Shown here: positions 35,101-47,989 of the stretch, in pieces
How positions within the stretch are numbered: position 1 is the stretch's first letter
Layout: every line of letters starts with the position of its first letter
Assembly: GCA_965644315.1 (NCBI GenBank)
Contig: CBFFRQ010000091.1
Location: 62,001-126,000, forward strand
DNA from: Caecitellus pseudoparvulus
Lineage: Eukaryota > Protista > Bigyra: Bicosoecida
Direction of reading: 5' to 3'
Length of the DNA: 64,000 nucleotides
Translations under genes and position numbers: made by a program
Notes under the pieces: generated by a model
Databases searched by the model: none
Told to the model about the DNA's origin: nothing
Seen by the model: the letters and a program-made list of their open reading frames with translations, nothing else

Positions 35101-37001
35101 AGGGAGCGGTCCTCCACGCCTTCGAATAGGTAGGGGTGGTTGCAGCACTTGCGCAGTTGCATGACAATGTTGAGGAGGCGTTTTCCGGAGGCTGGCGGTG
35201 CGTCGGCCCCCCCACCCGCCGTCAGCACCGCGTCGAAGTCACGCTTGAGAACGCTGCGGTAGATGTCCCGCTGCATGGCAGACATGCCGACGTACAGGAA
35301 CGTCTCCGTTTTGGGGGGCAGGGACTTGGCCACGTCGGCTTTCAGGCGGCGCAGCATGAAGGGCTTCAGCACCGCGTGCAGCTGCCGGATCATCTTGCCC
35401 TTGGCGGTGTCGTCGCTGGTGGAGACCGTCACGTCGAACCAAGCATCAAAGGCTTCGCTGTCTCCAAACACATCTGGCAGCAGCAAGTTCAGCAGCGCCC
35501 ACAGCTCGTGCAGGTTGTTCTGCAGGGGGGTGCCAGTCAGCAGCAGGCGGTGAGCCACCACCAGCATGCGCACGGTGGTTGCCAAGGCCGACTTCTCATT
35601 CTTGCACCGGTGGGCTTCGTCGATAATGAGCATCTGCCAGGGCCACTTGGTGAGCGTGGCCCGCTCAATGTTCGCCACTTCGAAAGTCGTCACGACGACA
35701 TCCCAGGTGCGCTCGCTCTCCCGCTGCCCAGGCCGCAAGATCGTCTCACATACCTCCTTGCGGGTGGCCTTGTCCCCGTGGAACTGCATAGCACGCAGGG
35801 AAGGGCACCACCGCCCCAGCTCTGCCATCCAGTTGGACAGCGTGCTCTTGGGCACGAGGATGAGGTGTGGGCCGCGGATGTGGCGGTACTGCAGCATGTA
35901 GCCCAGCACGCTAATACTCTGCAGCGTCTTGCCCAGCCCCATCTCATCAGCCAGGATGCCGTTCAGGCCGTTCTCCTGCAGGTTGATCATCCAGTTCAGG
36001 CCCTCCAGCTGGTATGGTCGCATGGTGCCGAATTCGATGACGCTGGGCTGACGCGTGAGGCGCATTCGACTAGCACCAGGGGACAGCATGCCGGATGCAG
36101 TCGCTGCCTTTGCGGGAGGCGGTGTGGACGGCGTGGCGGCCGCCTCTGTGCCGCTGCCACTCTCCTCCCCAGCCTCCACCTCCCCCTCCAAGTCCTCTTC
36201 TTGCCGCACACGGCGCCGCCGAGGCGTGCCCGCACTCTCTGGCTTGGTGTCCACCCCATCCACACTTGCTGCTGGCATTTCCGTGCCCTGCGATCGCAGG
36301 AAATCCTTAAACAAGGCAGATTGCTCCACCAGGAAGTGGAGTCGCCGTTGCTGGGCCGCACGCTGCGCCACCCGCATGCTCTCCAGCTGCTCCTCCAAGA
36401 CACTTTCACGTGCCTCTCGCTCAGCCCGCTGCTGTGCCCTTGCAGCGATGCGGGCTGCAGCTCGAGCTTTGGCGTCGTCATCCAGCTCCCGCTCTGCCCT
36501 GGCATCTGCACGGGCTTCTCTCTCCTGTCCAGCGCGGGCGGCAGCGGGAGTTAAAGAAGCCTGCAAGCACACCCCGCCAGTAAACATGATGCATCACTCA
36601 CTTCAGCTCTTCGCGACTGCTGCTGTGCGGCTTCTGCGCGGGCCCCTCGTGCTCCGCGTGAAGTGGGCATGGCATATTCCGCAGCTTGACGGTCAGCCAG
36701 TTCCTCTGCTGCTTTCATGTCTAGCTCCAGCTGGTACGCGTCCCAAGCAGCTTTATCTTCAGCAGCCTGGGCCTTAAAGGGCTCCTTGGCTTTGCTGTCG
36801 AGGTCGCGCCACTGGTCAGGAGGAGAAAAAGCACTTGGTTGTGAGTGTTGGAGGGAGGACGCCAGGCCGAGGCTGCCTCACCTCTGCCGCAGCTGCCCGT
36901 GTCACTTCGCCCACAGCCAAGCCGCTTTCGTCTTTCCTGCTGAAGTCTGATAAGAACAGTGTCCATGCACTGCGCGGCTTGGGAGGAGGGCTAGACGCCA
37001 T
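32148..37001 (-). CDS. ISWI: ISWI/SNF2H chromatin-remodelling ATPase with N-terminal HMG box; exons 36882-37001, 36602-36811, 32148-36560
   Basis: MRPYQLEGLNW, GILADEMGLGKT, IIDEAH, LLTGTPLQNNLHELW, SRVLIFSQM, FLLSTRAGGLGINL and QAQDRAHRIGQ, followed by HAND-SANT-SLIDE (QGFPDW..., WRFDHFFRSRT). Upstream exons give PKPRSAWTLF...EWRDLDSKAKEPFKAQAAEDKAAW (HMG box). Confidence 0.93.
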
Positions 37002-37436
37002 TGTGCCTGCTCCCGTCGCCTGGCAAGCTTCGTGCGTGCGGGATTTGAACGGTTGCGCAGGTGCAGGGCACACGAGCCGGGGACGCTGCACATGCAGCGG
37101 AAAGGCAGTGGCGTAATGCCAGGCGAGACTGAGTCTTCATGGGAACAGAAGGTTTGTTGCCAACTTTTTTTTGTGTCTGTGGGACTTGCATGTCTCGCCA
37201 GGGTTGCTTAGCGGCCCTGTCCACTTGCGGCGCCTGAGCACCTGCGCAGTGCATAGTCCCACGACCGAGTGTCGGACCAAACAAATCAAAGGCCTAAATG
37301 GAACCCACGGTGTGTGTGGCTTTAGCCAAGCCCTGCGACGAGGTTGGGCCTGGCGTTGAGCTCGTTGCTCGCTGGAGCACCGCTGCACCAGCGAAACGCA
37401 AGTGTCACAAACACTGCACTGCACACGAACATAGCC

Positions 37437-40085
37437 ATGGCTGAGAGAGTTCCAGGCGATGTGTGGCAGGAACATGGGGCCTCCTTTTCTCCTACTGTCC
37501 ACGTCCCAAGCACAGCAGGGCTGAACTTGAAGCCTGTGCCTGACGCTCTGACGGACCTGACGCCGTTTGGGACGCCAAGCAGACCAAGCTCTGGACACGA
37601 CCGCCACGTGCGCTTCCAAGAGGAAGCAGGCAAAACAGGTGCTGATTGCACAACGCCGTTGTCTAAGGAAGACGAGACGTTGCTAGTTGCAGCTCGCGAC
37701 AGGCTGCTGGACCGCCTGTGCTCGTGAGTATGCCTGCTGGCGTGCCAACGGCAGCTCGCCCACCGTCTCCCTCCTACTCCGACCGCTCAGAGTACACACC
37801 GAGTCTGAAAACAAAAAGACCATCGAAGCCATTTGTAAGCAGCTGAGAGAGGACATTCGCAGGTACGCTAAGCTCGGCTCAGGCTGGCGTTGTCATCCCC
37901 CCATGAGACTGCGGCTCGCTTGTGCAGAATCGATGTGCTGCTTAGCTCTGGCAAGTCTGCAAGCAGAGTCCCCAGCAAGGAAGAAGAGGGGCCCCACCCT
38001 TCTCTTGATGCAACACCCCCCACTGCCGTCCCCTCGGTGCTTGCGTCCTCAGCGGGCGATCCTGGTACTGGCACGAGCGCAGCCAGCGCACCCCGCCAGC
38101 AGCGCAGCACGCCGTTGGCGCAGCCAGAATCACCACGCCAGGAAAGGACGCCTCAGTGCACCCATGAGACCCGCACCCCCTCTCTTGATGCATCGCTGCC
38201 CCCCAGCCGTTTGCTCCGCAAGATTATGGGAGGCAGCACTGCTGTGCCTCGCTGCCTGGCCGCTGACCCGCCTCAAACCACCCCCACCGCGATGCCCGAC
38301 GAAGCACCCTCCAGCACGGAAGCTCCAGTGGAATCTCCTGTGCTTTCTGATGTGTCCTCAGCGAGCCTGCACTCACCAGCTGAGGTGTCTGCGCTGCACA
38401 CGGCTAGGTCGGGCAGAGTCAGCCCCGTTGCAAGCCCGCTGCAGCCCACACAACGCGAGGGGCCTCCAAGCCCAGCCCTGCAGCCAGTGCCGAGCCCGCA
38501 CCCCAGCTCCACGTTGGCCGAAGCACACGAAGAAGCCCTTCCCGCCCATGAAGAGCACGCCCAGTCTCGAGATAGCGATGCGGAGTCAGCTGGGCCTCTT
38601 GAGCTCTTAGGTGGACTGCCTGCCACGCCTCCCAACCCACACCGACACCGCAGCATGGGCGCCGCCGTGTCGCTGTCTGACTCCTTCCCCCTCGGCATGG
38701 GCGCTGCTGCAGCGGATTCCACGCCGCCAGGCGCCACCCGCTGGTCTTGGGATGGAGGCTGTGGGGCGTCACCATGTCCCGCAGCGCCTGAAGGCCTCAA
38801 TGCCTCAGTGGGGCGCCGGCTGCAGCTGTCTCCGCCAGCCGCTGCGGCGTCACCTGCTACTGCTGCTGAGCTGGCACGCTTGCTGCAAGCCACCCCACGG
38901 CTCAGTGCCAGCAAATCCGCGTTGGATGCTACCTCGGAGTTGCAGGGACACAGTTGCCTTCTGCCTGTACCGGATGCGTGCAGTCGGCCACAGAACCCTG
39001 TCAGCGCAGTTCTGATGCGGCAGCGGCCGACCCACCTTGAACGCAGCAGCGTGGATAGCCCGACGTTCTTGCTTGCTGGGGCGCGGGCTGCACAGGCCAG
39101 GCCACAGGCGGCGCGCCCCAGTGCACTTGGTGACACGGCGCGCCCCCTCCCGGAGGTGTGTCTGTCCCCAGTGCTCCCCCACCCCGACTCGCCTCGGCAG
39201 GGACACCCCGATACAGCTCCAAGTAGTCCAGCCACGTCTCGCCTGCCTCTGAAGCGCAAACTATTCAGCCCGGCCCCCACCAGCGTGAGGTCCAGGCAAC
39301 GTGCGACGTCCCCCAGCACCCCGCCATCCAGACTCCCAACCCTTGCGCCAGGGAAAGCAGAGTTCATGTCTCCTGGACCGGGTGGTGGTGGTGTTGGTCG
39401 TGGAAGAGGTGCGTCAGGGAAGGCAGAGTTCATGTCGCCTGGACCGGGTGGTGGTGGTGTTGGTCGTGGAAGAGGTGCGTCAGGGAAGGCAGAGTTCATG
39501 TCGCCTGGACCGAGTTCGCGCCACACTATGCCTGGCAGCAGCACTCATCAAGCCCAGCCACACCCTGCAGCAACGTCGCGCGCCAAACAGCCAGTGCGGG
39601 GGTCTTCCTACGGAAAGCAAGCCCTAGCCATTTCTGTGAACCTGCTGCGCTCTCCGCCTGTTCGCAGCCGGTCAGTGCAGCGTCGCCGTGGAAAGCCAGC
39701 AGGCAAGGCAAAGGGCAAGGGGCGCGCAAGCTCGTTGGGGCGCAAGGGAAGTGCATCTGCGTCTGTGTCGCTGTCAGAGTGGCAGGCTCGCCCGGGTGGC
39801 ATCGCTTTGGCCTTCTCTGGCGGCAGCAGGTCTGCACCCGGGTCAGCCAGCAAGCCCAAGGGCCGAAGAGATGCCGCCCCTCCACGGGCACCAGCGACCA
39901 CTGGGCCCAGTCGGCGAACCACCCGTCACCGAAGCACGGCGACAGTACCAGCACCACCCCTCCCACCTCCAGCGTCCTCCCAGGCCATTTTGCAGGCGCT
40001 GTTGAGGTCGCCCGTACTGGGTGGAGCAGGAGTCCCAGCTCAGATGAGGGGCCACAGCAGTGCTACTACTGCCCGTGGAAAATAA
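37437..40085 (+). CDS. Hypothetical large Ser/Pro-rich disordered protein (two short introns near the 5' end)
   Basis: ATG at 37437, GT-AG introns at ~37724-37790 and ~37863-37928, then the 731-aa ORF ending at 40085. Many SP/TP sites; no recognisable domain. Confidence 0.6.
39351..39512 (+). repeat. 66-bp coding direct repeat x ~2.5 (GKAEFMSPGPGGGGVGRGRGAS)
   Basis: Units start at 39351, 39417 and 39483. Confidence 0.9.
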
Positions 40086-40260
40086 GGGTCACCCAAAATC
40101 CATTTCATCCCCTGTGCCGGTCGCCTCTCAGCTGTCTCCTGTTCAGGTTCGCAAACTTGCCGCAGCTGGCAAGCCATCAACACACCAGCGAGCTCCCCAC
40201 CAGCCCAGCGCGGTTTCACACCGCTTCATCGAAGCACAGCCTTGAACCCATTGTTCCAGG

Positions 40261-42053
40261 ATGGCTTTGAACATCGACGGGTCTGATGACCCCTCATACC
40301 GTGCGTAGTGAAGGCAGGCGGACGGCGGGACAGGCAGAGCATGAACCTGGTGCGAGCTCTCTTCGCAGGCTACAAGATGCCGCGCCTGGCCTCAAAGACC
40401 GAGGGCCGCGGCAACGGAATCAAGACGAACGTCTTGAACGTCACAGACTTGGCAGGTGCGAGGCGCCCGCGTTTGCCTGCCCATGCACGAGAGGACTGAC
40501 ACGGCCTTTGAGGCGGCAGGGAAAGCCTAGCGCGGCACGTTTGCCCTTGCTCCTCCTCGCAGTTGCCCTCTCCCGCCCAGCAAATGTGATCATCAAGGTG
40601 CGTTGTACTGTTCCACTACCAGGGTCCTCCCACAGCGCACGCGCGTTCCGATTTGTTGGCGTTGTTGCCTGTTCGCTTGGCGTGAGCGGAAATTGGCCTG
40701 CAGCACCAGATTCGGTCAGCGCCCGTGCCACTGTCACCCGCCGACACTGCACGCACCCCTTCCCCCGACACGCAGTTTTTCGGCATTGAACTGGGTGCCC
40801 AGTCCAAATTCGATGTGGAGGTGCGTGTGTCAGCTCTCTACCTCTCCGCACCTGATTGTGCAGGTGTGCAGGGTGGCGTTGCGCGCTGTTTCTTGCCAGG
40901 GGCCACACGCCCTCACTGTGCAGTGGGCGGCCCGTGGGCTGCACCGCTATGAAAACTATCCAAGGCATACCTTCATCCTTGCTTCTGCATCCCATCCCTG
41001 CCACAGAACACCAAGGGCACCGTGAACGGCGCCCATCAGACAGGGGACTTGCAAACCTTGACCCACACTTTCATCCAGAAGTTTGTGCTGTGCCCCGAGT
41101 GCAACCTGCCTGAGACGCAGCTGACTGTGAAGAAGTCAGGGCAGGTGTGGCACAAGTGCTCCGCTTGTGGCTTCAAGGGCCCCGTGGTGGACCTGGCGCA
41201 TCGCCTGAACACTTTCATCGTGAAGGAGGCTGAGGCCAGCGCCAAGTCCAAGAAGGCTGACAAGAAGGACAAGAAGGACAAGAAGGAGAAGAAGGAGAAG
41301 AAGGAGAAGAAGGAAAAGAAGGAGAAGAAAGAAAAGAAGGAAAAGAAAGAGAAGAAGGCCAAGAAGGCTGCCGCTGCTGCCGCGGGTGGTGCTGCAGCAG
41401 AGGTATCTGAGCTGGCTGACTCGGAGGGTGACGGTGAGGGCGCAGACAGCAGCGACGAGGACATCGTGGCCACTGCCGACGCGATGGTGGTGGACAACCT
41501 GGCCGCCATCGAGAGTGCTGCGGAGCAGGTGAAGAAGTACGTGGCAGAGTCCACGACCCCCCTGTCCTCCGGCGACATCGTGTCCAAGGTCATGGAGGTG
41601 TCCACGAACGCCGCCCTGCCAGCGGCAGAGCGCGTGGCAGTGTACGCCACGGCAGTCTTTTCTGACAAGGTCCTGACGGAGAGTGCCGACGCAGACATTG
41701 GCGCCACCATGGTGGCTGTCATGGAGTCCTGCGGGTCAGCCAAGCTGTTTGCGCTTCAGCAGCACACGTTGCTGGTGCTGCTGGAGCGCACGCTGGCGGG
41801 CGAGGCGGCCACCAAGCCCTGGCTTCTGGCTGCCACACCCCTGGTGTTGCTGAACCTGTACAAGGCCGGTGCCCTGTGGGAGGACGCAGTCGTGGCGTGG
41901 GGCGCCGCTGATGGGTGTGATGTGCACAAGGCGGCAGTGGCTGCCGCCGAGCCCATGCTGGCGTGGCTGCGCACTGCTGAGGTGGAGGAGGAGGTGAAGG
42001 CAGAGGGCCCCGTGGAGGTGGCTCCTCCAGCAGTGCCCGAGGCGACTGCCTGA
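40261..42053 (+). CDS. EIF5: Eukaryotic translation initiation factor 5 (multi-exon)
   Basis: Spliced MALNIDGSDDPSYRYKMPRL..KTEGRGNGIKT, FFGIELGAQ, VNGAH, FIQKFVLCPECNLPET...CSACG zinc site and a C-terminal W2-like domain (AEPMLAWLRTAE). Confidence 0.95.
41251..41365 (+). repeat. 9-bp coding microsatellite (AAGAAGGAR)n encoding KKE/KKD repeats within eIF5
   Basis: KKDKKDKKEKKEKKEKKE... is visible directly. Confidence 0.9.
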
Positions 42054-42366
42054 GGCAGCTGACGGCTCCGGGGTGGCTTGTTTGGTGGCGGCCTGGCGTG
42101 CCCTGCACTGGGCCAGCGCGTGGCACATTTCGAAACGGCCTCCACGACGACGGGGGTCAGAAGCCAAGCATGGACGCCCACTACTTTCTGGAAATGCACG
42201 CACCCTTGCTCCTCACGCCTGCGCACTGAGGCTGGAGGGCGTGTCAATTGGGAGTGGCACCAGCGGTGGCATGGCAGCAGCCAGCGAAGGAACCCCTGTG
42301 CCAGGCGCTGCGGGCAGTCAGGGAGAGGGGCCTGGCTTACCGGGAAGGCAGCGGGCTGACACAGCC

Positions 42367-45300
42367 ATGAGTGGTGCTGCTGATGGCGCCCCTGTGGCGA
42401 AGGGCCGCTCCAAGCGATGGGGGATGGAGGTGAGCGTGGCGTGTTGGGTGGTGCAGTGCCTCTGCAGCCTGCACAGCGCCTGCCTGCCACTCGTGCAGGA
42501 CTACGTGGCCAACCCCCAGGCCAAGCTGCAGGACCTCCCTGCACACTTCCATGATGCCGACTTTGACCCTGTTCGATGGGTGCTTGTGAGTTCGCCTGAG
42601 GGCCAGCAGCGTCAACCGGCTGGGCACACTGCCGCTTGTGGTGCTGGCGCCTGCGCAGGAGACCATGCCGCTGGACCTGGGCGAGTTCGCGCAGTTTGCC
42701 ATGGAGCAGCAGACGTCCAAGGATGAAGCCCGTGACGCAGTGCTGTCCCAGCTCTCCCGTGCCGTGCTGGGCAACTACACCGCCTTCATCGATGGCATGC
42801 GGCAAATCCACGAGGTGGACATGGACGTCAGCCGGGCCATGGTTCACGTGTCCAACGCCCTGCGGCAGCTGCGCGGCGGCAAGGCTGCCCTGGCCACGCA
42901 CTCCCTGCGCATCACAGCCCAGCAGCGCCACTTGGTGCGGGCCAAGGGCGTCCTCACCCGCCTGCGCTGGATGCGGTCGGTGCTGCAGGCAGGCTCCCAC
43001 ATGAAGGCGGCAGTGGCACAGGGGCACTTCCAGGAGGCAGTGCGCGTGGCTGCCACGGCTGCCGCCCACCTGGAAGAGGCAACTGCCAGCAAGTTCGTCG
43101 CGCTGGAGCACGCACGCTCACAGGCCGCGGCGGCTCTGCCGGGGGTTAGGGATGCCATGGATGCCGCCCTGGGCACCCTGGTGCAGCAGTGGGTGATGCT
43201 GGATCCCACCCCTGCCACAACACAGGTGCTGCCACGGGTGGCGCACTGGTTGGACAGCCTGGCAGCTGGCGCCACAGGCAGCTCTCTGTTGCTGGGCCAG
43301 CGGGAGGCATCGCCCGCCTCCGCTGCCGCTTCCAACTCGGGTGGCAGCGAGGGGGCAGAGGCGCCGGCGGCTCCAGGGGGCTTTTGGGAGTCCTTGCCCC
43401 CACTACTGCGCCTGCCAGAGTCATTCCCCTCCCTGCTGAATGCGTACATGCAGCTGGACGAAGCGGGGGTGGATGTGCGGGTGCCAGCAGTGCACTCTGC
43501 TGCGCCCGCTGGCGGCCTCGCCTTCGGGGGAGGGGAGGGGGATGCTGGTGGCGACGAGGCAGATGCCCTGCTGGGGGAAGTGACGCCTGGCAGCCACTTG
43601 GAGGTGCTGCCGCTGCGCCTGCACGCCTGCCTGCGCCTGGCCCTGCGGAAGGCAGCCAAGGGTGTGTTGGTGGACTTGCTCTTGCGGAGCTGTGGAGCCC
43701 GGCGCCTGGCAGTGGCGGCCATGCGTGCCCGGGCCAGCCTGGCAGGGGACACGTCTGAAGCCAGCGCTGCCTTGCGCCGCGCCATCGAGGACGCCCTGTC
43801 TGCCTACTCTGCGGAGCACGGGCGGCTGTGGGGCTGCCGCATGCGGGATGTAGCGCGGGAGGTGGGGGAGGCACTCGCCGAGAAGAGCCGTGAGTCTGCC
43901 GCCAGTGCGCAGGCAACCAGTGCGCAGTCCTGGGCCCCGCCTGCCTCACACACCGGGCAGGGGCTGTGGGCTGCCCAGCTGCAGGTCCTGGCCAGTGCAG
44001 CGGCAGCAGCGGGGCAGGAGCTGCCGGCGCAGGATGGCGACGTGCCGTGCCCACCGGGAGCCTGGGAGTTTGAAGGCAAGGGGGCAGTGGCGGGGGGGTA
44101 CATGCTCACGTACGCCATGGGGCGCCTGGCAGCGGCTGTGTCGTCCACCCTGCACTGCCACCTGCTGCTGCTGGCCCTGCTGGGGGGGCACGGCGACCCG
44201 CGCCTGGACTCCTGGGAGTTTCTGCACCGAGACCTCCGAGCGCCAGACCAGGTTAAAAGCCCAGCGAGCGAAGCGCAGGGGCGCATCCGGGCCCTGGTGC
44301 CTGCCGTGGCTGCCAGTGCACCCACCTTGTGGGCGTCTGCACAACACGCACTGGGGGGCGCGCTGGTGGCCATGGTGGCGGGCAGTGGGGACGCCCTGCC
44401 GCCGTCCGCCCTCACACAGTGCCTGGCAGTGGGTCTGGACGTGCAACGCATGGGCGTGGAGTACCTGCAGGCTGCGGAACGGGCAGGTGGCGGGGAGGGG
44501 GGCAGCGACACCCCCCCTCTGCACAGCACAGTGTCCCCCCAGCAACTCGTGCAGCACTGCGCGCCGCTGCGTGCTGCCCTGCGCCTGGCTTGCAGCACGT
44601 TGCTGGACGCGACGCACGCCGCCACGCTTCAGAAGCTGCGCGGGCTGCTGGGCAAGGAACTGTGGACGCCGCAGCCCTTGCCGGTGACGTCAGTGGCGGC
44701 TCTCCTGCAGCGCGTGACGCACAGCCGCCCCCTGTGGTGGGCCTGGCGCCCCGCGTGGACTGCCCGGCTGCCCTTCCTGCCCAGCGCAGCGGACGGCGTG
44801 CCACCGTGGCTGGCGACTGCCTCCAGCCCTGGACGCCGGGGGACGGCGGCGCCGGGCTCTGGGCGTGCCTGGCGGGGTCTCACCCGCACGCCGCCATGGC
44901 TGGGGTCGCCCCTGGAGGCCATCGACACGGCTGCCCTCGTCACTGCCCCTGCTGCCGCGTCGTCTGCACAGGAGCGCACGCTTGGGTGGGGGTACACTGC
45001 CCGTCTGTGGCTGGGCAACGCCACTGGGAGCCGCAGCACCCCGCCCGCGGCACCCTGGGTGAAGGCTCTGGTGCACGCCAATGGCTTGCTGGCGGCGAAG
45101 GACGTGCCAGCGCGCCTGCACCACCCCATCATCGCGGCGTCGGTGGCGGCTGTCGCCGACGTGGGGGACGGCGTGCTGCTGGGGAAGGAGGCGGAGGACC
45201 GCGTGACGGCGGCGCTGTGCCTCGTGACGAAGCCCGGCGCCACCCCGCCCGAGGAAGCGTCAGACCTCCTCTGCCTGGCCAGGGCAGAAGTGCTGGGGTA

Positions 45301-47965
45301 CCGTGCCGGGTGGCAGGGCAGCCACACGTGGGCATCCACGTACCGTGCCGCAGGTGAGCCCACCGCTCCGCAGCGGGGTGTGCCTACGCCAGCGCTGGTG
45401 GGCGGCAACCCCTTTGGTCGGGTGTGTGATGGCGCCCTGCCCACGCCAGAGCAAGTGCAGCGCCATGTGTCTGCGCTGCAACGCATCGCGACCAGCTCCG
45501 CCAAGTTGTCACGTGTGGCTGACTCGGTGACTCTGGCGCCGGAGGGTGAGGCGACCCCGGCGAGTGCTTTGGACGCTCTGGTGCTGCATGTCGTGCCGGC
45601 CCTGTGCTGGGCCCGTGACGACGTGTACGTGCACGGCACGCCGCTGTTGCCCGTGCCCACCACGTCGGCGCCTGAGGAGGGTGAGGAGGAGCAGGAGGGT
45701 GACGCCGAGGCGACTGCGCTGCTGGACGGCGACGAGGAGGCCAGCGACGGAGAGGGCAGCGTGGCGGACGGCGGAGGGGAGGCCGGCGCAGCGGCTGGCA
45801 TGGACCTGTCCAGCACAGGCACAGTGGTGCAGCAGGCCATCGGGGAGCTGGTGGCGGGCGTGCTGCCCGAGGGAGGCCTGACGCTGGGCGTGGAGTACCT
45901 GCTGCCTGGTGTGGTGCTGACGTCCGCCGGCCTGAAGGGGCTCCTGCACGGCGTGAGCCGGTACGTGAGGCTGCTGCAGTGCTGCCCGGCGCAGGCGGTG
46001 GAAGTGTGGGAGGGCCTGGCAGGCCTGGTGGACCTGTACATGCACGCCGCCGCCAGCGTGGCGCTGCCCCTGCCCGCCCAGCAGGCCGTGGTGGGGGGGC
46101 AGGGGCGCCGCATGGCTGCTGTCGCAGCGGGCGTCACCTCCCCCACGCCCAAGGCCCTGACTGCCGCGGACATCCCCCCCGCAGCGCTGGAGGACGACGG
46201 GCAGAAGGGCTTCCCCTACCTGGACAGCAACTCTGTGCCCATGGTGGTGGTGACGGGCACGGCTGCGCTGGGCGCTCTGCACCTGGCTGCTGCCGGGACG
46301 GGCCATGCCTCCATGGCCACCCTGGCGACGCACGCCGCCAGCATCCTGCACGCCGCCAAGCGCGACCCATGGAACCTGCCATTCCTCACCCTGCGCTCCT
46401 TCCTGCTGCATGCCGGCGCGCGGTTGAGCGCACTGCCCTTCTTCGAGTCGGCGCGAGGCAGCGGCAGCGGCAGCGGTGGGGGAGACACCGGCACCGTCGG
46501 CTCCGGCACCAGTCGCACCAGTGGCCGCACGTCGGCGTCAGGGCGAGGCGGTCCCCGTACGCCCCAGGCGGCGCGCGGGAAGGCCCGCGCCGGCGAGCTC
46601 GCCACGCCCTTCCACAGCCCCAGCGTCGTGCGGCAGGGGCGGGGGGGTGGGCAGGCCGGCGCGTGGCTGCACTTTCACCAGACGGACGCCGCGGCGCCTG
46701 CCGCCCTCATGCACTTCAACGAGGCCGCCGACCTGGGCCCCGAGATGGACAGCGAGACGTGGGGGGTGAGCCCCCTGCCCCCTGCCCCAGGGCCGGAGGG
46801 CCTGCCTCCCCTGGAGTGCACGGGCGTTGCCCCGCGCACCGTGGCTGCCCAGTCAACTCTGCTGCTGCCCCTGCTGCTGGCTGCCGTGCGCCCCTGGTTG
46901 CAGGGGGTGCTGCCCCCCGCCGGCCTGGGCACCCTGCGCTCCTGGTACGCCACCCTGGCCACCACCGTCGTGCAGCTGCGCGCAGTGGCCAGCAACGCCC
47001 TCGTGCCTCGCCTGGTGCCGGAGGTGGGCACCCTGCCCCAGGCGCTGGCGGCACAGGACTGGGCAGGCATGCGGGACATCTCCAGCTCTGGCGCCAGTGA
47101 CTATGTCCAGCGCGTGCAGGGCGTGCTGGGGCGCGCTGGGCGCGTGCTGGGCACCCTGCGCAACCGTGGCGCCCTGCCCCCCCTGGGGCACCTGGACCTG
47201 TGGACGGCGGTGGGGGGGCGCCTGTTCACAGCGGCAGCCCAGGGTGTCGCCGGCGTGCCACGGGCGTCCCTGGAGGGGCGTGGCGTCATGGCCATGGACA
47301 TGAATGCGCTGGCTGTGGCCACGGCGAAGCATGGCCCCACCCTGCCCGCCCTGGTGGCTGTGGCGCCGGCGCCGTCGACTCACTCGGGCGTGGCAGCCGT
47401 GGCGGGGCACGGCCGCCCCCTGCCGGACAAGGCCTGGGTGGACGCCTTCATCAAGGCGTTCTACTTCGAGGACCTGTCCACAGATGCGCTGGCTTGGCTG
47501 GAGGCGTCGGCCTGCGTGTCAGGCGCTGAGCAGCGGGAGGCCAGCATCGTGCCGCTGGCGGCATGGGGTCAGCTGCTGCCCCACGTCCTGGCGCCGGGAG
47601 GCACCCTGCCCAGCGGCGGCGACCCGCTGCTGGTGTCTGCGCAGGCCGTGGGCAAGCCGCCTGCCCTCAGCCTCACCAGCAGCCACAGCAGTGGTGCCCG
47701 GGGGACGGGGGCGGGCGTGTTCCGAGCACACTACCCCCGCAGCGTCGGCGGTGGGCTGCTGCTGCACGGGCCCGGCGCTGCCGAGCGTGGCAGTATGCTG
47801 GGGCGGGGCAACTCCGCCCGGGCCAAGGCCGTCAAGGCACACATGGCCACGCTGCTGCACTGGCACGCTGCTGCCGCTGCGCTGGATCTGAACGTGCTGC
47901 TGTCCCTGGAACAGGAGGCGTCAGGCGCCTTCCTGGGCGTGGAGGGCGGCGGCGGCGCGCTGTGA
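42367..47965 (+). CDS. VPS50: Syndetin / VPS50 (EARP complex), expanded by low-complexity insertions; alternative start at 42271
   Basis: N-terminal F...DFDPV...VLSQLSRAVLGNYTAFIDGMRQIHE (Vps54_N-like). C-terminal GVAGVPRASLEGRGVMAMD and PLPDKAWVDAFIKAFY match syndetin KCSNEGRALMQLD / PIPDKEFVETYIKAYY. Confidence 0.82.
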
Positions 47966-47972
47966 ATGCATT
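47965..47972. terminator. Palindromic AATGCATT, candidate bidirectional 3'-end signal (VPS50 / CudA-like)
   Basis: Lies at the 24-bp gap between convergent stop codons, overlapping the last base of the VPS50 stop. The same hexamer follows most stops in the window. Confidence 0.45.
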
Positions 47973-47989
47973 GTGCAGCTTTTGCTGCG

